This document shows, in pieces, positions 57,201 to 64,000 of a stretch of DNA of 64,000 nt. Source of the DNA: Ascidiella aspersa (lineage: Eukaryota); assembly GCA_963924565.1 (NCBI GenBank), contig OZ004607.1, forward strand, positions 7,812,001 to 7,876,000, read 5' to 3'. The notes beneath the pieces are model-generated. The model did not search any database. It was given only the letters and a program-made list of their open reading frames with translations, and was not told where the DNA came from. Positions within the stretch are counted from its first letter, which is position 1; the number at the start of each line of letters is the position of its first letter. A program made the position numbers and the translations under genes.

Positions 57201-59234
57201 TGACTAAAGTATAAGGACAAAGAATGTTAAAAAAAATACATTTCTGTTATAAGTAATAATTTCAATGTTACAGAGCGAAATGTATTCTGCACTTTACTAG
57301 CTTCAAGTAAAAAGTGTTTGAAAAATGTTTTGCACTTTACGAGCTTGTAAAGTAAAAAGTGTTTGAAAATTTGCGTTGGAATTTCTGACCCCGCTAAACC
57401 GCCATATGTTCCATTACACGTGAGCAACAAGAATCGTGCGAACATGTAGCATTAACCAGACCCAAACATCGTTTGAACGTTGTCGTTCCTATACGTAAAA
57501 CTCATCAACCTTAAGGTTAGGTATACACAGTCTGGCCGACGCATATTGCCGTCGAACGTTAACGACAAACCCCACTCATCTGCAAACACCCAATTTATGA
57601 CGAGCAAATTTGTTCAGCTCTGCGTACAACAGGCCGTATGCGACGCTATTTCGGCTTTATTTGATGAATCACGAACAACGCGACGTTTTTTTTATGTGTG
57701 CGTTGTTCCTACAGAAAAACAAACGCGCGTCGCAAAAATGCTTGGTGCGTGCTCATATAGCGCCAGCAACAAGTATAACCATTTAACCACTACATTTGCA
57801 TATTTTTGAAAGTTTTTCCAACTAATCAACTCATTTTTCCAGGATTGTTCCCATAGCTTAGTCACCTACGTTAAATGCGGGCTAAAATAACCTAGAATGT
57901 TGCTCCTAAAACAAATTAGTTGTATAAACGATCTTTTATGGAAAAAAGAGCATATGATCGTAAGAATATATCGTTGTTTAGTAATGAGTTGAACTTGTAA
58001 TGAAAGCCAAAGTTACCTTTAGCGATTTTTTTGCAGCATTAATGTGCTGCTTGAAACATCGCCGGTGCCAACAAATAAAATAATGCTAAATATTGGTTGA
58101 CTTATTTGAGTCAAAACCCGCAGGTTTGATAAGGCATAAACAAGCATTAGCCAGACGTGCAACCTAAACATAAACTTTGTATTTCAGGTGCTATTTTAAA
58201 ACGCTTCTCGTCTACTCTTAACATGTAATCGATATTTACCAAATTTCACACACCATGCATTGTGCAACGTATACAAGTTTTACCAAGCTATACACGGATT
58301 TTAGCCTAAGTTCAATTAGTGACACATAGTAACGGAAGCATATTATTTTTACTGAGTTTTAATATAAAGAAAGTTTGTGTAAGTTGATTACAAAGTTGAA
58401 TGTTAAAGTAATTATTACACTTCAAAAATGATTCCTCATCATTTCAAAGATGAAAGAGGAGGCCGCCAGGTAAAGAACCTTGATCGTTTCTAGTTTTCTG
58501 CTTCTTTTATTTTTTGTTGGAACCCTTTTAAAACAGTGATGGGCGAGGCAAAACAAATCTTAAGGCGGCGCGAGCGCTCTACTACAATATTTCACTTGTA
58601 TACTGATTCGCTTAGTGTTAAGTCTGTTTTTATGCTGTCCAATGCCTTACATAAAAGTGCTCAAGAAATGACCGATAATATCGGATAAAAATCAAAATTA
58701 CAGTTATTTTTTTTTTAAGGTACCGGTTTTATATTTAAAAAATGGTACTGGCTTTATACTTGAAACCACTGAAATAGATGGTTCGCGTTTTACTACTTCA
58801 AGTTACACGCAAAATAACTCAACTCCCGCCTATTTCCAGACACGTTTGCCAGCAAGGTAGCGGCGGTGGGCGACGAGTATGCCGACGCTTCGATCGGCAA
58901 CGTTACCGGATCCAACGCCGTCAACGTCTTCCTGGGGATCGGCATCGCCTGGACGATGTGCGCCATCTACTGGGCGATCGCAGGCACCACTCCGGAGGAG
59001 AAACTCTTCCGCGTTCCTGCTGGAAACCTCGCCTTCACCGTGACCGTTTTCTCCATCTTTGCCGTGTTCGCGGTGTGCGTACTCATGTTCCGTCGTCGCT
59101 ACTCCAAGATCGGAGCTGAGCTCGGAGGACCGCGCAAGTACAAGATCATCAGCAGCGTGATCTTCGTTCTCCTCTGGCTCTTCTACATCCTCCTCTCGGC
59201 CCTGGACAGCTACTGCGTCATCAGCACCTTCTAG
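28916..59234 (+). CDS. SLC8A1: Sodium/calcium exchanger (SLC8/NCX); join(28916..30286,32094..32204,34135..34488,38771..38934,[44575..44681 or 50089..50189],50859..51028,53937..54036,54716..54801,56492..56678,58840..59234); 1014 aa with the A-like exon
   Basis: Contains alpha-1 repeat ([19 protein letters not shown]), XIP region ([14 protein letters not shown]), [12 protein letters not shown], two Calx-beta domains, alpha-2 repeat ([30 protein letters not shown]) and ELGGP. Splice phases are consistent and the total of 3045 nt is an open frame. Likely co-ortholog of vertebrate SLC8A1-3. Confidence 0.96.
32094..32204 (+). CDS. SLC8A1: NCX exon 2 (start of CBD1: [15 protein letters not shown])
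   Basis: cccag acceptor, gtaagt donor, phase 0-0. Confidence 0.92.
32700..32857. mobile_element. 3' part of a hAT MITE, same family as 62247-62560
   Basis: Shares agctgt.aatgattt..tagtaagta..atatatcaggtaatatatttaaa..ttcgcg..gaga.cc..tg with 62400-62560. Confidence 0.55.
33944..34096. repeat. CA/CAAA-rich low-complexity tract
   Basis: Directly visible; ends ~40 nt upstream of the NCX exon 3 acceptor. Confidence 0.85.
34135..34488 (+). CDS. SLC8A1: NCX exon 3 (CBD1 core: [27 protein letters not shown])
   Basis: aaag acceptor, gtgagt donor, phase 0-0. Confidence 0.94.
35224..35299. repeat. 25-bp tandem repeat x3 (GTACTTTGCTAAGCCACGAACTATA)
   Basis: Directly visible, near-perfect copies. Confidence 0.92.
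36210..36490. repeat. Degenerate ~60-65-bp tandem repeat, ~4 copies
   Basis: ggcc.gcct..aatcctaaagca..tgtttca..gtggccttgt..ccaa.ag recurs. Confidence 0.8.
38771..38934 (+). CDS. SLC8A1: NCX exon 4 (CBD2 N-half: [29 protein letters not shown])
   Basis: cacag acceptor, gtaagt donor, phase 0-2. Confidence 0.94.
39278..39326 (-). ncRNA. Minimal hammerhead ribozyme-like motif (antisense arm)
   Basis: Reverse complement reads CAUUAUC CUGAUGA AAGUG ucuuguauag CACUU GAAA ACGUC UAUUG; perfect 5-bp stem II; first stem I pair is disrupted. Confidence 0.55.
39377..39437 (+). ncRNA. Type I hammerhead ribozyme-like motif (sense to the NCX pre-mRNA)
   Basis: AUUAUC-CUGAUGA(39385-91)-stem II-GAAAC(39413-17)...GUC(39429-31)-GAUUGU; base of stem II is imperfect. 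Confidence 0.6.
40800..41132. mobile_element. Charlie-like hAT MITE, 333 bp
   Basis: TIRs CAGTGGTTCTCAACC / GGTTGAGAACCGCTG with a perfect 8-bp TSD AGTTAGAC. Confidence 0.88.
44575..44681 (+). CDS. SLC8A1: NCX exon 5A (exon-A-like: [35 protein letters not shown])
   Basis: acag acceptor, gtttgt donor, 107 nt, phase 2-1; matches the vertebrate NCX1 exon A motif DDEEYEKNK. Confidence 0.92.
50089..50189 (+). CDS. SLC8A1: NCX candidate alternative (mutually exclusive) exon 5B: [33 protein letters not shown]
   Basis: ttgcacag acceptor, G/gtgagt donor, 101 nt, phase 2-1, open frame; aligns without gaps to exon 5A (HV.I.D...Y.K...F.I....P). Confidence 0.78.
50859..51028 (+). CDS. SLC8A1: NCX exon 6 ([30 protein letters not shown])
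   Basis: ttgcag acceptor, gtaaac donor, phase 1-0. Confidence 0.92.
53937..54036 (+). CDS. SLC8A1: NCX exon 7 ([31 protein letters not shown])
   Basis: cgcag acceptor, gtatgt donor, 100 nt, phase 0-1. Confidence 0.94.
54716..54801 (+). CDS. SLC8A1: NCX exon 8 ([28 protein letters not shown])
   Basis: gacag acceptor, gtgaga donor, phase 1-0; not in the ORF track. Confidence 0.93.
55780..56430. repeat. Degenerate satellite-like array
   Basis: Recurring aattt(g/a)aaaacagtg, actaaatgacttaagtc and aagtcaagtatgttga blocks. Confidence 0.7.
56492..56678 (+). CDS. SLC8A1: NCX exon 9 ([28 protein letters not shown])
   Basis: ttgcag acceptor, gtgagt donor, phase 0-1. Confidence 0.95.
56757..57072. 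mobile_element. hAT-type MITE (family of 1836-2201)
   Basis: tagagatgcccaata / tatcgggcatcctta ends; internal ccgatacc and gacgtaattt-like motifs shared with 1836-2201. Confidence 0.6.
57287..57370. repeat. Tandem duplication, ~44 bp x2
   Basis: tgcactttac.agctt..aagtaaaaagtgtttgaaaa occurs twice. Confidence 0.75.
58840..59234 (+). CDS. SLC8A1: NCX terminal exon ([32 protein letters not shown])
   Basis: ttccag acceptor; TAG at 59232-59234. Confidence 0.95.
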
Positions 59235-62200
59235 ACGGCTGCTGTGCGCCCGGGAAGGAACGAAACAATCGCGTGATTACGACGTCACCCGGACCCCTCG
59301 GGGAGACTCGCCCCCCCCCCCCCCTGAACCGCGCGGGTCGAGCGTTGGTCGATAATTGTTAAGCCCCGAGACCTCCTCCGTCCCCCTATCTTTTGCGTGT
59401 GTGTGTGTTCGTGCTTGAAGTGCATTTTCTACTACCGCAGTGTTCGAAATGCGACGGAGCGTGGCGCAGGGCTCGAGTCGGGTCGAGCGCGTTTTTATTT
59501 CGAAATCGTCTCTCAAGTGAACCTCCTTGCAAGTTTGGCATTTTTTGTCGTGCCAAGGTTTAGGAACTTAAAACATATTAGAAAAATTCTGGCAGTAAAA
59601 ACTTATACATAACGTCAAATATGTTGGTGAAAACCCCCAAACTAAAACAGTTGTTCTGTTGCAGAAATTAATTTAAATCTGACCTTGAGTGGTGTTCTTT
59701 ACAAACCTCCAAACGATGTTACCTATACTGTCATAACATGTTTTAAACTATTTATTTCATGTCTTGCTCAAAACTCCAAACAAAACAATCTTTTGAGTGA
59801 TTTTTGCAAACAAGCCTGAAACAAAGGACTACAATATGTTTTGGGTATTTACCCCCAAAGGTGTAATTTGACAATTTGAAGGGGTGTTGTTTTTACCGTA
59901 GCAACACAGAATAGCCCAAAGTGGTATCAGCCTTTTGAGATCATCCTAGCGTTGTTTAATCAATATGTGATTGATGACGACACTATAAAATGCTACGAAC
60001 CACTGATGCACTGTAAATGATGTGATTAAACGGTTACAACACCTCTGTTTTGTCAATAAACTTAATCAAAATTTCGCTGACTAAAAGCACTTTGAAAGTG
60101 TCCTAACTCTTAAATAAAACATACGAATAATAAAATTAACGTTAACAATAGGAGACCCACTAAAACAAACATTACTTTATTAGCAGCTTTACCGAAAAAC
60201 GTCGAGCCCTAAAATGATAACAATTTGTGTGATTTTGAAGCTAAACTGTGAGGCGTCGCCGACTTAAGTCGAACTTCGTGCTGTTTTCCCTTCTGTTATT
60301 CTCTCATCGGCTTTCTTTCGTCTTTTTTCGCTTTTCTTTGTGAAATCCTGCATCCCGCCTGAATCCCATTACTCTTGCCATGTACATTGAGAATTCGGTT
60401 TTCGCTTCTACTTTTTGCGTGGATGTTGATCTTATTATTATTTTTTTGTTACTTCTGTTTGTCAAGCCGCTTTTTTAACGTCATCTGTCGGGAATTCGTG
60501 ATATTGCTTCGGGTAATTATTTACCGGCGCGAAATTGGCTACAATTCGATAATGAATTGACAAGACGAAAGATTTTCAAAGTAGTCCGAGTATCTCAAGC
60601 AAATCATCGATGCCGAAAAAAAACTTCAAGCAATCAGTTTAGTTATGTCGAATTTAAAAAGTCCGATAAAACCCCTGGAAATCGCATGTTCAATGAATAT
60701 GTGATTTACTTGATTCTGTCGCGAATTTCTAGCTTTACCTATCAACGTGCGCGTGTTTGAATATTGATTTTTCATTCGTGAAACACCACACGAAAACTGC
60801 AGCCATCATAAAACGCAAAACTTTAGGTAACTTTTCAAAACTTTAAACCAACCCGAAGTATCAATTGTTTGAAGTTTTCAAATTGCCGCTAAATCGTCAA
60901 TCGACCGTGACGGGGCAGATGTCGGTCACGCATGGGACGAATTCTGGCGCCAACGTCGTTCCACCGCAAAACGTGAAACGTCCATTAACCCTCATCTTTC
61001 TCGGTGGGAGTTCAAATCGATATTGGAAATAAGAGCATTTTAGCGCGAGTGCGGCGATATAATTTTTTCGCCAATAAATGTTATTGCCGTTTCGCTGTTT
61101 GCACGCCTTGCGGCACAATAACCCGATGACGCACGTAAATGATTAAATTCATCGATTTTCGCCGTGCGAGCTCGTCGGTCGCAAAGAAAAGGTGAAAGCG
61201 CCGCGTTCCAAAGCACGTTTTCTGGCCTATTTGGCGCCGCGTTTTGATTCTATAGAAACAACCCCCACCCCGTTGGTTAAGTGGACAACAGGCCTCGTTT
61301 GTCGAATCCACTTTCGGTGATTTATGTATTAAAAAAAATGGGTCGAAAATAAAAATATCCTCGTAAATCGATTGTGATCGAAACTCGGCGTTTCAACAGT
61401 AGAAATCGAATATTTTTTTTTCGATGAAGTGAAATTCTGGGCATAATCATCAAACACCTCGGAAACAAGGTTTCTGTCATTTCAAATGCTTCTCTAAAAA
61501 AATTACGGCATCCGATCGAAAACAAGGGCAATAATGTGCTCTCTGAAAATATTCTCACAAGGTGAAAAAAATACCCAGATGCTACCAGTATGTCCTTTTT
61601 TACTGATGACTCACACTGAAAATTTAACACACCCAGGCCACCTTTGCCTACTTGCTCTTGGTTCCTTATCGCGTTTTTCGTCCTTCGTGAAAAACAGAGG
61701 ATTGAACCGCTTTATTTTTTCGCCGTCTTCTTATTTATTCTGTCGGTCGTTCTCTCGCCGCCGCCAACGCTTTAGTTTTTTCTCCTCTCCGCCTCCTTTC
61801 GCGCCGCTCGTTTTTCTCCTCCTCCTCCTAGTACGCGCGTTTTGCCTACGTCATTACGCGCTCGCGAAGTTTTCCCTGTGTGTACGCGGTCTCGCAATGG
61901 ATTGTTGAGTTTTTTTCTAATCTACGGCCTCGCCGGCCTTGCGGCAAAAGGACTGGCAGTCACGTCACCATGTCCGCCTGCCGTTGTGGAGCTTGACGTT
62001 CCAGACCGTCCTTTTGCCAGCGAGCGCCGACGGGTCGCGCGTTCTCATTTTTGTTCGCGAAATAGAGTCGGACCGCCGTTGCTTGAACGAATGTTTTCTC
62101 GCATGCTGAGATTTGCAACAAGTTCACGTTGATTTCAGCTCTTTATTATCCTAATAGACTCCCCTAAATAGAAATCAAGTTATGTTAACCGTCCTTATTT

Positions 62201-62246
62201 TAATGGCCGGATGAAAATGCTAAAAAGGAAGAGTTAAGTTGAAATT

Positions 62247-62560
62247 CAATGGTCCTCAAACCTGTTCATTTCGCTGACCCATTTGCTTCCTTGAAATAAT
62301 AAAGGACCCCATCCATTTTTTTAGTAAAAAATATAAAGTAAAATTACTGACATTGAATTACTTTAACATTCAAATAAGTACAAATCACTCACTGAACAAA
62401 AGCTGTCAATGATTTTTTATCCGTAAATCTCAGTAAGTATAGGATTTCCTCCAGTTAGAATATATATCAGGTAATATATTTAAAATGTGTATAGTTTTGC
62501 TCCAATGAGACTTCCTCACGGATCAGTGAGGGTTCGCGGAATTCAGTTTGAGAACCATTG
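62247..62560. mobile_element. Charlie-like hAT MITE
   Basis: caatggtcctcaaac / gtttgagaaccattg TIRs; homologous copy at 32700-32857. Confidence 0.6.
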
Positions 62561-64000
62561 TTTTAAATCATTTTATGTAAGGTTTCTTATTAAAATGAAA
62601 GCCTATTTAGGAATATATTTAAACCAAGTTATGCAGTCTGCTTGATGCACTTTAAACAACACTTATCTATATATTTAGAATCTCGGTCAGAAAAATATTT
62701 GGTTTTTATATTGCATTTAAACAGGGGTAGTATTTTAAGTATATTTTATCGAAAAATCACTTGAAAAGGCGGTTATCTTTTCAAAAGAGATCTTACTGTT
62801 AAAATAAGTTTAGAAAAACAGTCAAAAACCATGGATAGTCTAAAGAAGCAACGAAATTTTGCGCATTAAACGTATGACATTTTACTTTTACCCCAATAAG
62901 ACCCTGTCATCGATTGTAGTGTGATCTTTCAGGAGCCACCCCCCCGCCTCCATGTAATTTAACGTGAATTTTTTGCAAGGAATATCAAAACTAATTTTTA
63001 GATTTGCTGACAGGCATAATTGTTGTTAGACTGAATTAGAAATCACCAATTCACATCCCAAAAAGTCGGAAAAGAAACGCTGTCGTCCGTGTAGTGCAAA
63101 ATGAAAGTAACTTCATCTACAAATGGACAACATCCTAACTTCGACAGTTATTGTTATTTGTTTGTGTGTAACGAAGAACTGTCTGAAAAAAAATTTTCGT
63201 GGTGTCATCAGAGACATTTCCTTATAAGGCATTGCAGGCACATGTCTTAGACCTAAATCCCTGAGAGGCACGATCAATTGGTTGATTAAAAATCAGTTTA
63301 AAGTATATTTGCGTCTAACGTTATACCTTAATTGCCAGTGTTTTGTGATTTCTGCCAAATAAAATCATTCCAATAGCCGCCAAGGGTGACAGCAAATCAT
63401 TTGGCTCCGAGCACTTTCAAGGCACAACTATAAAACCTGCGGTCCTTTGGCAATTTAAACATATTGCCTACTTCGACACTGCTTTGACCAAGACAGGCAA
63501 ATATAAGCAAATCTGCAAAATAACAAACATCAAGTTACATGGCAATCCACAAGAGTGCTTTTTCTGGTTTGCTTGGTTTTCTGACAAGGTGAAATTTACT
63601 AATAGGCCAGGGGAGTATATTAACCCGAAAGGCATAAGTAAGCCTGTGGTAAAATGACAAGAGAAAACCTTGGTTTATTTGGCGTAGACTACTACGGAAA
63701 TTGCCATTTTGTACTTGCAGATAAATCTGACAGCACAAGACTTCCCGTATATTAAACACTTTTTATAAAGTTGTTGTTTGTAAAACGACTTTTGTCCAAG
63801 TTCGTTTATTAATAAATATCAAGTTAATCTGCAGTCCATGTCATTTAAGTCGGTCCACAATCAAATATATTAACTGCTCATATTAAGTTCCAATTAAATA
63901 CCAATGCAATCAAACAATAAAAATCATTAGTGGAATTCAATAGTGAAGATTTAGTTACTTCTAATCCAAACGTAAGCAGCAGTCCTGTTTCCGTGGATTT

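Overview
Eukaryotic (metazoan) genomic DNA with AT-rich introns, GC3-rich exons and GT-AG splicing. An invertebrate chordate such as a tunicate is my inference, not something the sequence proves. Two + strand genes were reconstructed by hand with consistent splice phases. (1) The 3' six coding exons of an HHIP-like gene (GSDH beta-propeller plus C-terminal SRCR domain, HHIPL1 architecture; 386-5488, 5' part outside the window). (2) A complete Na+/Ca2+ exchanger gene (SLC8/NCX; ATG 28916 to TAG 59234; 10 coding exons, 1014 aa). About 23 kb between them is non-coding and holds a 17-bp minisatellite, a decayed L1/Tx1-type LINE 3' end, hAT-type MITEs and CpG-rich putative regulatory islands. Main leads: (a) a second, apparently mutually exclusive CBD2 exon of NCX (50089-50189) that is absent from the ORF track and replaces the acidic Ca2+-ligand motif DDEEYEK with DSNCYHK; (b) a ~660-bp intronic palindrome (39026-39687) with a hammerhead-ribozyme core in each arm, resembling Penelope-like element termini, in the intron just upstream of that exon pair; (c) a candidate alternative terminal exon that would give an SRCR-less HHIPL isoform; (d) an intronic tRNA-like Pol III unit.
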